From NCBI RefSeq assembly GCF_030028105.1, contig NC_092374.1:122711589-122775588 (forward strand): a stretch of DNA of 64,000 nucleotides. Reading direction: 5' to 3'. The notes beneath the pieces were generated by a model that was not told where the DNA came from, searched no databases, and saw only the letters and a program-made list of their open reading frames with translations. This document shows positions 35,252 to 48,845 of this stretch, in pieces (the stretch's first letter is position 1; each line of letters opens with the position of its first letter). The position numbers and the translations under genes are program-made. Source of the DNA: Mobula birostris. Taxonomy: Eukaryota.

Positions 35252-38200
35252 CCATAGGACCATAAGACAAAGGAACAGAATTAGACCACTTGGCCCAGTG
35301 AGTCTGCGCCACCATCTAATCATGGCTAATCCTTCTTTTTCCCCTTGTCAGCCTCACTTCCTGGCCTTCTCCCTGTAAACTTTGATGCCGTGGCCAATCA
35401 AGAACCAATCAATCTCCATCTTAAATATACCCAGTGACCTCACCTCCACAGCTGCCTGTGGCACCACATTCCACAAATTCACCATCCTCTGGCTAAAGAA
35501 TTTTATTTACATCTCTGTTTTAAATGGACACCCCTCTATCCTGAGGTTGTGCCCTCTTGTCCTAAGACTCCCCCACCATGGGAAACATCCTTTCCACATC
35601 TACTCTGTCTAATTGTTTCAATATTCGAAAGGTTTCCATGAGATCACCACTCATCCTTCTAAATTCCAGTGAGTACAGACCTTGAGCCATCAAACATTGC
35701 TCATATGATAACCCTTTTATTCTGGGAATCATCTTTGTGAACCTCCTCTGAGCCCATTTGAAAATCCAAATATACAATGTCCACTGCATACCCTTTATCT
35801 CTCCTACTTGTAATCTCCTCAAAGAATTCCAACAGGTTCATCAGCCAAGATTTTCCCTTAAGGAAACCATGCTGACTTTGTCCTATCTTATCCTGTGTCA
35901 CCAAATACTCCATAAACTCATCTTTAACAATTAATGCCAATATCTTCCCAACCACTGAGGTCAGGCTAACTGGTCTATAGTTTCCATTCTGCTTAAAGAA
36001 TGGAGTGACATTTGCAATTTTCCAGTCCTCCAGAACCATGACAGAGTCCAATGATTCTTCAAAGATCATTATCAATGCCTCCACAATCTCTTACCGCTAC
36101 CTCTTCAGAAGCCTAGGGTGCAGCTCATCTGGCCTCGGTGTCTAATATACCTTTATGTCTTTCAGCTTTTTGAGCCCTTTCTCCCTTGTAATAGTAACTG
36201 CACTCACTTCTCTTCCCTCACACCCTTCACCATCTGGCACACTGCTAGTATTTTTCACAGTGAAGACTGATGCAAAATACTCATTTAGTTCATCTGCCAT
36301 CTCCTTTTTCCCCATTATTATTTCTCCAGTCTCATTTTCTAGTGGTCCTATTTCCACTCTCATCTCTCTTTTTATTTTTTATATACTTGAAAAAGCTTTT
36401 TCTATCCATCTTGATATTGTTTGCTAGCTTGCTTTTATATTTCATCTTTTCCTTCCTAATAATACTTTTAGTTGTGTTCTGTGTTTTTAAAAGCTTCCCA
36501 ATCCTCTATCTTCCTGCCAATTTTTGCTTTGTTGTATGCCCTCTCTTCTGCTTTTACATTAGCTTTGACTTCCCCTGTCAGTCACAGCTATGCTATTTGG
36601 CCATTTGAGTATTTCTTTGTTTTTGTAATACATTTATCCTGCACTTTCTTCATTTTTCCCAGAAACTCAAGCCATTTTTGCTCTGCTGTCATCCCTGTCA
36701 GCATTTCCTTCCAATTTACTTTGGCCAACTCCACTCTCATACAACTGTAATTTCCTTTGCTCCATTGAAATACTGCCACATCAGACTTTACTTTCTTCCT
36801 ATCAAATTTCAAGTTGAACTCCTAGTAATCATATTGTGATTATTGTCTCCTAAGGGTTCCTGTACCTTAAGCTCCTTAATTGCACAGTTCATTTCATAAC
36901 ACCCAATCCAGTATCGCTGATCCCCTAGTAGGCTCAATGACCAACTGCTCTAAAAAGCCATTTCATAGGCATGCAATAAATTCACTCTCATAGGCTCCAC
37001 TACCAACCTCTATTTCCCAATTTACCTTTATGTTAAAATCTCCCATGACTATTATAACATTACCCCTTTGAGCAACACACATCAAAGTTGCTGGTGAACG
37101 CAGCAGGCCAGGCAGCATCTGTAGGAAGAGATGCAGTCGATGTTTCAGTCCGAGACCCTTCGTCAGGACTAATCTCGGCCTGAAACGTCGACTGCACCTC
37201 TTCCTACAGATGCTGCCCGGCCTGCTGCGTTCACCAGCAACTTTGATGTATGTTGCTTGAATTTCCAGCATCTGCAGAATTCCTGTTGTTTGCGTTTAAA
37301 TTCACTACTGCGAAGCCTCTTCCGGTGATGCCTACACCGAAGAAGTTTAGATCCTCGCTTCGACGGGAGTTCAGTGAAATCATCTCTCTCTGCTCCCCAT
37401 CTGTAATTTCTTGGGCTCTTCAACTTTTCGACCACACTTTGACTCAAACTCGCTATCACAGCCATATATCCTTTCTAGGAACATGCCTCCGTCGCCAACT
37501 TACTCCAGTTGGCTTTAGGATTCGTTTCCAAGCCTCTCAATTTGAACCTTCTGAGGATCCCAGGTAAGGGTCTCGGCCTGAAACGTCGACTGCACCTCTT
37601 CCTACAGATGCTGCCTGGCCTGCTGCGTTCACCAGCAACTTTGATGTGTGTTGCTTGAACTTCCAGCATCTGTAGAATTCCTGTTGTTTACCCCTTTGAC
37701 ATGCCTTTTCTATTTCCTACTGTAACCTGTAGTTTACATCCAAGCTACTGTTGGGAGGGCTGTATATTACAGCCATCGGAGTCCTATTACCCCTGCAGTT
37801 TTTTAACTCATCCTGCAGGGATTCAACATCTTCTGATCCTATGTCACATCTTTCTGATAATTTGATGCCATCCTTTACCAGCAGAGCCACACCAACCCTT
37901 TGCCTACCTCCCTATCCATCTAATACAATGTGTAACATTGGACTTTCAGCTCCTAACTACAACCATCCTTCAGCCATGATTCAGTGATGGCCACAACATC
38001 CTACCTGACAATCTGTAAAACAAGATCATCCACCTTAATTCTTATACTCCATGCATTGAGATATTACACTATCTCCCCAACCACTGAGGTTTCTGTCTGG
38101 CTCTCTAAATTCTCCCTTCTGGATCTCATTGTTTTTCTTTCCTACGTCATTGGTACCAGCAAATACCAAGACATCTGGCTGCTCCTCCTCCCTCTCCAAA

Positions 38201-39085
38201 ATGCAGTGGATGTGATCGAAGAAGCCCCTAACCCTGGCACCTGGGAGGCAACATACTATTCGGGGGTCCCAATCACATACACAGACTCGCCTCCTGTTCC
38301 TCTGACTATTGAGTCCCTTATCACTACTGCTCCCCTCTTCTCCCTCTTTCCTTTCTGCACCACGGACTTATGTTCAGTGCCAGTAACCTGGCCTCCATGG
38401 CAACCCCCAGGAGATCATCCCCACAACAGTATCCAGAAGAGTATACACATTATTGAGGGGAATGGCCACAAGTGTGCTCTGTGCTAACTTCCTATTCATG
38501 TTCCCATTTCTTTTCCTGACAGTCTACCAGCTACCTGCCTCCTGCAACTTAAGAGTGACTACTTCCATGCAACTCTGATTGATGATCTCCTTGCTCTTCC
38601 ATACCAGCCGAAGGTTATGCCGCTGCTGCTCCAGATCCCTAACATGCTCTTCAAGGAGCTACAGCTGGATGCACTTCACACATCTGTGTCTCCCAGGTCA
38701 CATTCTGGGTCTCCCAGGACTCCAATATCCAGTATGAAGAACACACCATGGCCATTTAAACTATATTAATTACTCCTAACACAGTAAGAAAAAGGGGAAA
38801 CTCAACAGCAACGAACACAGACAACTTACCCAGTGCCAATGCCTCTTCCAAGCTAAAGCCTCCTTTGAGCCAAAGCCTGACATGCCCACACTCACCACTG
38901 TCCTTGTCTCAACAATGTCTCCTCTGTACTTTTATCTGCTCCTCTCTGTGCTGCTCCTGCTTGCCTGTGAGAAACCTCCTCCTTGTGTGCGCTCCCACTG
39001 CTGATTGGGCCTTCTGAATGACACCGAACACCCACGAAGCCCTCCTTTTAAACGAGAGCTGCTGGCCTACGAGAAACCTCCTGAA
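35252..39085 (-). mobile_element. Near full-length decayed CR1 (5' UTR, ORF1, ORF2 with internal deletions)
   Basis: NYRPVSLTSVVGK, SQHGFLKGKS, IVMGDFN, ORF1-like segment at about 38080-38750; deletion junction near 35752. Confidence 0.9.
37072..37687 (+). mobile_element. Penelope-like insertion: inverted repeat, repeat, ORF 5' end, repeat
   Basis: TSD TTACCCCTTTGA at 37060-37071 and 37688-37699; ORF from ATG 37328 contains HISFLGTCLRRQLTPVGFRI, resembling the PLE N-terminal H..FL..C....P.G motif. Confidence 0.9.
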
Positions 39086-39344
39086 CAATTCCAGAATTGC
39101 AGGTAAATGGTATTGCCAGTTATTTAATTTCCAATTTACAGCAATCACTCCATACCTCTCTGGGTATTATTTCTGCTTTCACACAGAATAGTCTTGCTTC
39201 ATTCTAATGATGGGGTTGGGGAGGGATGAGAGTGGACTTGCTGGGCTAGGAAGTTTTGGTAAATTGGATTTCTGTCAGGTGGATTGGATGAGAATTATAA
39301 ACAGAACAAGCTGGTCATGATGAAAATTTATTAAGCCCTGAGGC

Positions 39345-39424
39345 CAGGGATTTCTATCCTGGGGTCCACAGACATCTTGCTTAATGGTATTGGTCCATGG
39401 CATAACAAATGTTGGGAACCCCTG
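39345..39424. mobile_element. 80-bp hAT-like MITE (second copy)
   Basis: Reverse complement of 20030-20109. Confidence 0.75.
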
Positions 39425-39551
39425 CACTAGGCAGATTCTCTCGAAGTTGAGTTTATGGTCAAATGCATGAGCTCAGCTACAAAGGGCATACCACAATTAC
39501 AGCCCACTGAATATGTCTCCTTGCATGGTGACAAAACATCGCTAGTAAATT

Positions 39552-39829
39552 CGCAAACATGAGGAAATCTGCGGATACTGGAATTTCAAGCAACACACAT
39601 AAAAGTTGCTGGTGAATGCAGCAGGCCAGGCAGCATCTATAAGAAGAGGTACAGTCGACGTTTCGGGCTGAGACCCTTCGTCAGGACATTTCTTACTAGC
39701 AATCTCTTACTAGCTCCTCTTTCAGTTAGTCCTGACAAAGGGTCTCGGCCTGAAACGTCGACTGTACCTCTTCCTAGAGATGCTGCCTGGCCTGCTGTGT
39801 TCACCAGCAATTTTTATGTGTGTTGATTT
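39552..39829. mobile_element. Fold-back Penelope-like mini-element
   Basis: Inverted arms about 39591-39687 and 39729-39825; TSD CTAGTAAATT at 39542-39551 and 39830-39839. Confidence 0.9.
39653..39687 (-). ncRNA. Minimal hammerhead ribozyme motif, intact core
   Basis: GUC-CUGACGA-AGGGUCUCAGCCC-GAAACGUC-GAC; the partner at 39728-39763 (+) has CUGACAA (G8 lost). Confidence 0.75.
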
Positions 39830-40056
39830 CTAGTAAATTGCCAAGTTCAGAGAATAACTCAACCCAACTATAAATTATACACAATTTTTACAATATTCCT
39901 TGTGTCAGGTCTATGATCAGAAGAATTAGATGAGAACAATAAATAAAACAAAGTCCATTGCACGGAAAAGTGATCAAAGTGGTCATAGGGTTGCTAACTG
40001 TAGTGAATAGAGCTGTGTTGGTGGGTTCAAGAAGAAACTGTGCGGTGTGGGACTTC

Positions 40057-40580
40057 AGATTTCTACAGATACACCATGGAGAGCATTCAAACTGGTTGCA
40101 TCACCATATGGTATGGAGGGGCCACTGCACAGGATCAGAAAAAGCTGCAGAAAGTTGTCAACTCAGCCAGCTTCATCTTGGCCACAAGCCTCCCCAGCAA
40201 CCAGGACACCTTCAAATGGCAATGACTCAAAAAAGCAGCATCCATCATTAAGGACCTCCATCAACCAGGACATGCCTTCTTCTCATTGCTATGATCAAAG
40301 AGAAGGTACAGGAGCCTGAAGACACACACTCAATGTTTCAGGACCAGATTCTTCTCCTCCACCATCGGAAATCTGAATGGACAATAAACACTTCCTCAGT
40401 ATTTTCTTCTCCCTCTCTTCTTGCATTGCTGATTTAATTTATTCATGCATATATACTGTACTTATTATAATTTATAGTTTTTAAATTATTATGTATTGCA
40501 AAGTGCTGCTACAGCAAAACAACAATTTTCATGACATACGGCATGCCAGTTATATTAAACTTGATTCTGATTTCTGATTC
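40057..40580 (+). mobile_element. Rex1/Babar-like LINE 3' fragment
   Basis: FYRYTMESIQTGCITIWYG; (TTCTGA)n tail. Confidence 0.88.
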
Positions 40581-42637
40581 TGCCTCCTGCCCAATGGTAA
40601 TTGTAAGAATTCTGACAATATTTAAGAGGTTGCATCTGAATACCCAAATAACCAAGGCATAGAAGACTGCAGCCAAATTACTGGTGAAGGATATTAACAT
40701 AGATAGGTGTGATGATTGCTTGTAATGGTGTGATGAGGGGCCTTTTACCATTAGACATTAAGAAGACCTTGGGGAGAAGATTTAACAAAAGTATTCAAAG
40801 GGATAAGGGGTCTGAGATAACTTGATCGATGAAAGAAGCAAAGTTTGTTCTTGGAACAGAGGTGGCCGCAAGGAGCTTTGCTTGAGTTTTTCAAAGTCAT
40901 GAGTATTTACAGAAATAAGGGCATTTCCAGTGGTTGGGTGGGCCAAGGTCAAGAGATTATGAAATGGTATTGACAAAAAAAATAATATAATGATTTAAAA
41001 ATTCTATGGTAAAAGGTTAGGGTCTGAAATACATTTCAGGAGGAAGTAATAGCCTTCAAATGGAAATTGATTTAGTATATGGTTGGAAATAATGTTTAGG
41101 GCATAAGTGAAGTTGAGGCAATAGGATTTGATGGATACTTAGAGATGGTATGGTCTTCTTGGATGGAATACTATTGTTCTGTGATGTACATGTATTCTAG
41201 GCCAAGTTATGTAAATGTAGAACAATCTGTGTCATCAATATCAGAGTTGATTGTGACTCCCTACAAAACTTGGAGCTTAACTAGAATGTCAGCAACAACA
41301 TGTAGGAAAGGTGCCAGGGAAAGTGTGAGGGAAATTGGTAATTAACAGACACACTCTTCTAACTGGTTACAGTAAAACCCTGGCAAGGCAGAAATGTAAC
41401 TGCAAACCTCTCCTGCTGTGTCAGGAGTACAGACATCGATCCTGCTTTTACAACTGGTCACAAAAGAAAGAAATCATCTTATCTTAATAGTCATTTAAAG
41501 ACAACATTATTGTACATGCAGCACCACATAGAAACTTAATTTGTATACATGTTGTAAACAGTCTGATGTTTAAAACATAGCTTCATAATTAAATGAAAAT
41601 ATGTGAAAGGAGCAGTCTATGTTCACAAAGTACTTCATTATTCACTAGATGTATAGTCTATATCACTGGCAAGAACTGCATTTATTGCCCATCCTTTAGT
41701 GTCTCTGAACTGACTGCCTTGTTATCTATTTCAGAGGGCAGTCAAGAGTCATTCATTATTACTGTGGGTTAAGAGCCACAAAAAAATCAGACCAGGTAAA
41801 AGCAACAAATTTTCTCTATTAAAGTATATTAGTAAAACAGATGGATTTTTACAACACTGCTCACTGATTTATTTAATTAATTGAATTTTTAATTCATCAG
41901 CTGTCATGGTGAGATTTGAACTCATATCAATGAATTGTCAGTCTGTTTTTTTTATTACTTGTCTTGTTACACAGCCATAATTCTACAGTACCTTTGAAAC
42001 AACATTGATTACAACACTGTAAGGAATCATTTGGGGTGCTCGAAATATTGGACAACAAATGTCGCAACTCACAAAAACTATTTTCTCTCCAATGACTTAA
42101 AATTCACAGTATGACAACTGAGAAAGAGCTTGAAAAATTTAAAAGTTAAAACCACCTTTGCTGGTCTTCAATTATTTAACTTGGATATTATAGTATAGAC
42201 TCTCTGGAGTCTATGTAGCAATTTTCGGCTGCCACCAACAGCCAGGAATCTCAGTATTAATTAGGTCTGGTTCCCCAATGAAATGAATTTGAAGCGGAGC
42301 TTTATGAACGGTAGTACTTCTGAAAATGCTAGTTGTACCTTGTTACAGTGGTATATAGAACATATTCCAGTCATTACTGTCTTTCTTTTTCCAACCTGGA
42401 CACCCAATGTAAAGGAAATTGAACAAATATTACTTTACAACTATGGGGAAGTTGTTTTAATCACACATGAAAGTAAAACAAGGTGAATTTAAAAGGATGT
42501 TAATATATAATTGATGGACTGTGTGGAGAAATGTCTGTACTTTTATGCATTAGGGTTAGCAAATTATGGTTACTGCACATATATGCATATCTATGGATGC
42601 CCTGATTTGCTAATAGCTCTTTACTGGTATTTCTTAC

Positions 42638-42777
42638 CTGTGATTCCAGAGGAGAAGCACAAAGTTGTATAGATTTCCCAATTCCCAAAACACTTGGGAA
42701 TCTGATTAATGAACTATTCCCAGATAGACCAGATGTAAGAATAATTTCTCCATTCATACAATGGAGAGGAATGGCTG
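42638..42777 (-). CDS. Candidate internal coding exon of an unidentified host gene (140 nt, phase 1 to 0)
   Basis: Acceptor CTTACTTTGTTCTCTAG, donor CAG|GTAAGA; only one open frame AIPLHCMNGEIILTSGLSGNSSLIRFPSVLGIGKSIQLCASPLESQ; non-repetitive context; protein not recognised. Confidence 0.4.
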
Positions 42778-42883
42778 CTAGAGAACAAAGTAAGCATTTA
42801 TTTGTGAACATTGTTCTTGAAATATTTGAGATTATTTAAAGGTTTTTGAAGTATATATTAATAATATTTTTTAATATTGTTTT

Positions 42884-43231
42884 TCTCACTGCCCATTATG
42901 CCGTTGATGTTTAAGGCAGCAATGCAGGTCCACCATCTCTGTCTGTTCACACAGTTGCACACAGATACAGAAGGATTCTTCATTGCTGTTTCTGTAACAA
43001 TTTTTTGTTGACCAGTCAGGGTTGCTAGCCCTGAGCTGAATTCCTGAACCTGGAGGACCGGTGGACCACTCTTAGTTTGGCCTCTACCCCTTGACCTGTT
43101 TGGCAAGGGTGACCCTACCAAGAGCCAAAGCACAAGACGCTGATTCCAGCCAACATAGCCCTCCAGATCATTGAGGCATGCATGTCTCCAACCCTCCAAA
43201 ATCTATGACAAAGCTGAGGTCCTCTTGGAGG
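42884..43231 (-). mobile_element. Bipartite non-autonomous RTE (Expander-like) element
   Basis: TSD AATATTGTTTT at 42873-42883 and 43232-43242; NRQRWWTCIAALN C-terminus joined to an RTE-like 5' UTR. Confidence 0.85.
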
Positions 43232-45389
43232 AATATTGTTTTAAGGGTAGAATAAACTTAATATTTTAAAAAATATTCCTGAATATCATTCAATATTTTC
43301 TCCCCAACAGTTCTGAGGGCATAGCTTGTCTGTCTCCATACTCTATGGAATCCTCATCCTTCTCTCTTGCCTGAATGACCCGCTTTAATCCCCCCTTCCC
43401 TCCCCCTCCATGGTGGCTCATTGCTTCTGGCCTATACAATTGACAACCTACAATGTTTTTCATTCAACACCTTAATGCAGTAAAGATCCTAACGTGCTTC
43501 AGGAATAAGGGTTTGGCCCTGAACAAGAACTAAGAAAAGTAGGCCATTTTCAAGGTTTCCCATAAATATGGAAGAAATGTTAGGTCAACTAGATTTCCTT
43601 TCGGTGGGGTCATCACAACTACAGAATTTGTCAAGAATTAAAAAAACATATAAAGGATGTAAATCAGAAGAACCAATACTCCAATCAAGGATGCTGAACC
43701 ATTTTTAAAATTCACTGACTTACTAACAATAGTGTTTACTGGAAATCACTGCAGCTATTGTCTGTCTCTCATTGTCCCTACACTGAAGAGGAAAGAGTAA
43801 ACCAGAATAGTTGCTCTGAGGTTGCATCTAGGTCAGGCACAGTACAAATAACAGAGTTCACCTGCTGCAGAATAGAAGTAAGGCAGGTGTGATATTTTTA
43901 TGACACTTATTAGGGTTTGACAACAATTACTCAAATGAGTTTACCATTAAAAAAAACTTCTTTAGTTGATAAAGTAGAATTCAAACTCAAACATCTAGAT
44001 CAATGGTACAGAACTCTGGCCAGAGTCTGTTAACTTAACTTCAACCCACATCTCTCATGCAATCGACGAACACAGAGAAAAGGGCAGGAGAACCAAGGCA
44101 AATGGTTATATACTCAGAGAACCACTCCCATGTATTAACATAATGCTATTTCCACATGGGTATTGTCAAGTGCAACTTATGATTGAATGATGTTGTCCTG
44201 ATGGTTTAGTGAGTACTGGCTGTACATTGATGTGTTCCCAATTCATGTAGTTAACACAGAGCACGAAGACAGTCTAGCAAATACTAGAAGAATGACTTAT
44301 TTCCGTCTCCAGATCTGATGCATATATTGAATGTCATCTTTCAGCATTAGTTGTTTTTGGCAATTACCACTTCCTTTTTATCTGCAAGGGATTCCACCCA
44401 TAAGTACAGAAGTAGGCTATTTAGCATATTGACCCCATTTTTCCTTCATTTGGACCATGAATTATCTGTACTTCTTCTCCGATCGGCTTGCAATTAATAT
44501 CTATTGATGTTTTAAATACATAATTCTCTGCCATAAATACGCTCACAATCCTGTCATCCACTTCTTTGAAAAAAAATTGAGATATTTTGCTTCTCATGGT
44601 CTTCTGATTTCGCTTATGGTGAAATGGTGCAGTAATGCTGTAGGTGACCTTGACAATACCCCAAATGGAATGACACAGTGCGGAAGAATTCTGGACAAGA
44701 ATCTGTACAGCTGAAGGATTGTTCCTTTCCTTTTGAATTCCCCTCCAATGGGGGAATAATTCTATGAATCTGTCTGATTACATTTCATATCTGAGCACCT
44801 AAATTTATGGATTTTGTTCATAAAAATATTCTTCCTCCACACTTCCATAATTTTTCTCCATAAAAAATGTATTTTTGAATCAAAATTGGAAGTCCTCGTA
44901 CTTTCCCACATTTGACAAAGATATGCTTCTTATAGCAGTGCCATCTTATCTACAAAACCTGTTGCCATATACCTGAAGAATTGCAGTTGAGTGATATTTT
45001 CGTTCTTCAGACTTCGCCATGTTGACATCTGACACTCAGTCATCAAGAAATGTTTTACATGCATCATGTCCCCCTCAATGACTCTCTATTCTTGACTGAC
45101 CTACTTCACTCCCAGTTTCCAATGGTAATGTAATTTCATTCAATGATATTAATTCCAGCAAAGTCTATTGGAGATTGCTCATTGGGCACAAGAAACTTAG
45201 ACAAAATAAGCAGATTGGAACAAAACAATTAGGTTACAATCAGACTCAAAAGAAACTTTTGGTCAGGACACCATGATATTAAATAATTTAATTGGCTAAA
45301 GAGCAAAAACGCATAGTAAACTAGTTTTTATTCAGATTTGAGTAGAATCAAATGAGGTGCCTATCAATTTCATTGGATATATTCACAGA

Positions 45390-45774
45390 GGGTGGAGTGG
45401 TGAAGAAATGTTTCTACGAAAGGAGGTGTAAGGTGCTCATTCCCTCTGTTAGCTTGCAGGTCACCCTTGGACAAAGTGCAGAACTTGCTTAGCCCCTGAT
45501 CAGGGTCACAGGAAGCCATGGGAATAGGTGGTGGATGGTCATATGAGCAGCTGGTGCATATTATAAGTCCTGGTTATGCGACCACTAATTCCAGACAGAC
45601 AATCTCTGAAGGGTATTGATAATGACTAGGGTCACCAGTCTTGTAGAGACAATACCCAGAAGAAAGCAATGGCAAACTATTTCTGTATAAAAAATTGCCA
45701 AGAACAATCACCATCATGGTAAGACCATGATCACTCATATCATACAACACAGCAAATTACAGATGAACGATAGG
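45390..45774 (+). mobile_element. BovB-like bipartite RTE element
   Basis: GAAAGCAATGGCAAACTATTTC motif; flanking CACAGA duplication; copies at 28188 and 11605. Confidence 0.8.
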
Positions 45775-45802
45775 CACAGAAGCTCAGCAAATGTGAACAA
45801 AG

Positions 45803-47352
45803 AAATAGAAACATAAAAAACCTACAGCACTATACAAGCCCCTTGGCCCACAATACTGTGCTGTACTTACTTTAGAAATTACCTAGGATTACCCACAGCC
45901 CTCTATTTTTCTAAGCTCCATATACCTATCCAGGAGTTTCTTAAAAGACCCTATCGTATCCGCCTCCACCACCATCACTGGCAGCCCATTCCACACACTC
46001 CCCTCTGTACCTATTTCCAAACACCTTAAAACTGTGCCCTCTCATGTTAGCCATTTCAGCCCTAGGAAAAAGCCTCCATCAGGTCACTTCTCATCCTCTG
46101 TCGCTCTAAGGAGTAAAGGCCGAGTTCACTCAGTCTATTCTCATAAGGCATGCTCCCCAATCCAGGCAACATCCTTGTTAACCTCCTCTGCATCCTTTCT
46201 AAGTTTCCATGTCTTTCCTGTAGTGAGGTGACCAGAACTGAGCACAGTACTCCAAATGGGGTCTGACCAGGGTCCTATGTAGCTGCAACATTCCCTCTTA
46301 GCTCTTAAACTCACTCCCATGATTGTTAATGGCCAATGCACTGTATGCCTTCTTAACCACAGAGTCAACCTGTGCAGCAGCTTGGAGCATCCTATGGACT
46401 CGGACCCCAAGATCCTTCTGATCCTCCACACTGCCAAGAGTCTTACCGTTAATACTATATTCTGCCATCATAGTTGACCTACCGAAATGAACCACCTCAC
46501 ACATATCTGGGTTGAACTCCATCTGCCACTTCTCAGCCTAGTTTTGCATCCTTTCGATGTCCCACTGTAACCTCTGACAGCCCTCCACACTATCCACAAC
46601 ACCTCCAACCTTTGTGTCATCAGCAAATTTACTAACCCATCCTTCCACTTCCTCATCCAGGTCATTTATAAAAATCACGAACAGAAGCGGTCCCAGAACA
46701 GATCCCTGAGGCACACCACTTGTCACTGACCTCCATGCAGAATATGACCCACCTACAACCACACTTTGCCTTCTGTGGGTAAGCCAATTCTGGATCTACA
46801 AAGCAATGACTCCTTGGTTTCCATGCTTCCTTACTTCCTCAATAAGCCTTGCATGGGGTACCTTGTTAAATGTCTTAATGAAATCCATATACACGACGTC
46901 TACTGCTCTACCTTCATCAATGTGTTTGTCACATCCTCAAAAAATTTAATCAGGCTTGTAAGGCACGACCTGCCTTTAACAAAGCCATGCCAACTGTTCC
47001 TAATCATATTATGCCTCTCCAAATGTTCATAATTCCTGCGGCTCAGGGTTTTCTCTGTCAACTTACCAACCACTGAAGTAAGATTCACTGGTCTATAATT
47101 TCCTGGGCTATCGCTACTCCCTTTCTTGAATAATGAAACAACATCTGCAACCCTCCAATCCTCCGGAACGTCACCTGTCCCCATTGATGATGCAAAGATC
47201 ATTGCCAGAAGCTCAGCAATCCCCTCCCTCATCTCCCCCAATAACTTGGGGTACATCTCGTCTGGTCCTGGTGACTTATCCAACTTGATGCTTTCCAAAG
47301 CTCCAGCACATCCACTTTCTTAATGTCTATATGCTCAAGCTTTTCAGTCCGC
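45803..47352 (-). mobile_element. CR1 LINE, 5'-truncated (same subfamily as 6293-9063)
   Basis: GVPQGSVLGPLLF, KFADDTK, NYRPVNLTS; (ATAGAAAC) tail. Confidence 0.95.
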
Positions 47353-48444
47353 TAAGATAACGTGAAGATATTGCTCCGTTAAGACATAACTGTGGAAGTT
47401 TATTGTATTGTTGCTTAATATTAAATGCAGTACACTTATTTCTCTTAATATGAGGGGACAGATGCTTCACATAGAAACCTACAATAGATATAAAACAAAC
47501 AACAATTCAATCAATATAGGGGCAATTTTATAAGAAAATGTGTGAGGAGCTGATGTGAACAAAAATGTTGTTAGTCAGCATCTGACAAATCTCTAGGACA
47601 CCATCATAAGTTCAGTTGGTTTTCTATCTTGCTCTGTAGAATTGAAACTGGTTACATTGACAACAAAACAGCTTAATTTTCCTTTTAGCAAGTCCTGAAA
47701 AGTTTGGTTTAATTGAAAGGTTCCTGACGTTCTTCACTGTTTACCAATCTGAAATGATCAGTCATTTCAGTATCATTAATTTCTCACTAAATATTTTACT
47801 GCCCTATAGCAGATATGAATAGCTTGCTTTTAGAAGCAAATGATTCTCAGTATATATAAAAAAAACCTTCCAAAATGAGCAGGGTCCTTCCTTGGGCCAA
47901 TGGCCTATTGCATAATTTATTTTGACTTCAATAAAATTTATTACACTGGGTCATGCTGTCCCATTAAGTTATCGGTGTGATACTCCCTACTGAACCTTGC
48001 TCCTTCATAGTAAATCTACGAATGAAATTGTATCAAATAATAGGTCTTTGAGTTTCTTTGCTTCTTCTTCATAAATTTTCTCATGCAGCTCTGAGTGTCT
48101 AATCACTCAATCAATTGCAGTGATCAAACCAAAACTTGATGAGATAATATTTAGTGTATATATCTAGAAGTGTGCTAAGTATTCTTGAAAGAAAAATCTA
48201 TGCCCATTTCTCCTGCAACTTGATATCTGATTCAAGATTCAAAATTGTTTATTGTCATTCTACAGAACCTGAGTGAAATGGAAAACAAAATGATTATTAC
48301 TCCTGATCCGAAGTGGCATAAAAAAACACAATAACTATCAAACATATCCTATAAGCATAATGTACAAGTAACTATTGAGTGTGTTTATGTATATGTAAGA
48401 TTTCCTTATACACATGGACTGATTATTAGGCCTGCACAAGCAGG

Positions 48445-48545
48445 GACTTCTCAGTCTTCAGCTTTATCTTCTAGTAACGTTTAATGGTGGTTGTCAGACC
48501 AACATAAGGTGCATTACTGCCACCTATTTAGTTGGAGTGTGGAGC
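48445..48545 (-). mobile_element. Nimb/I-group LINE-like 3' end
   Basis: Reverse strand CCACACTCCAACTAAATAGGTGGCAGTAATGCACC followed by a GAA-rich tail; family recalled from memory. Confidence 0.5.
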
Positions 48546-48559
48546 AAAGGTCTTCTCAG

Positions 48560-48845
48560 ACACCACCCAGCTAACAGTAGTTACTTACCACTCGCTTCCA
48601 ACATATACCCGCAGCCTATTTAAATCCAGCTTGCATCCACGGTCCTTGTTCACTCATATGAACCAGCTAGCCTCAACCATTTGTTCCTAGTCTTCAGTTA
48701 CCTTGTTATGTTAACTATCTGTTCTTTCTTGGTTTGTGTCCCCTTGAGGCTTGTTATTTTGCAGTTTATTAGTAAAATATCATTCTCTGCTAAATTGTCT
48801 GCGTTGATCTGCTTTTGGATTAAACCTCCTCTACATTTCCTGACA
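48560..48845 (+). mobile_element. Possible solo LTR remnant
   Basis: TATTTAAA box, T-rich R/U5-like tract, ATTAAA, ends TGACA; left end unclear. Confidence 0.35.

Noticed and set aside
45390-45500. HDV-like ribozyme at the 5' end of the BovB-like element
   Set aside because: GGGTGG/TCACCC could form P1 and a P4-like hairpin may exist, but no proper L3/P1.1 or J4/2 catalytic C could be placed in these decayed copies.
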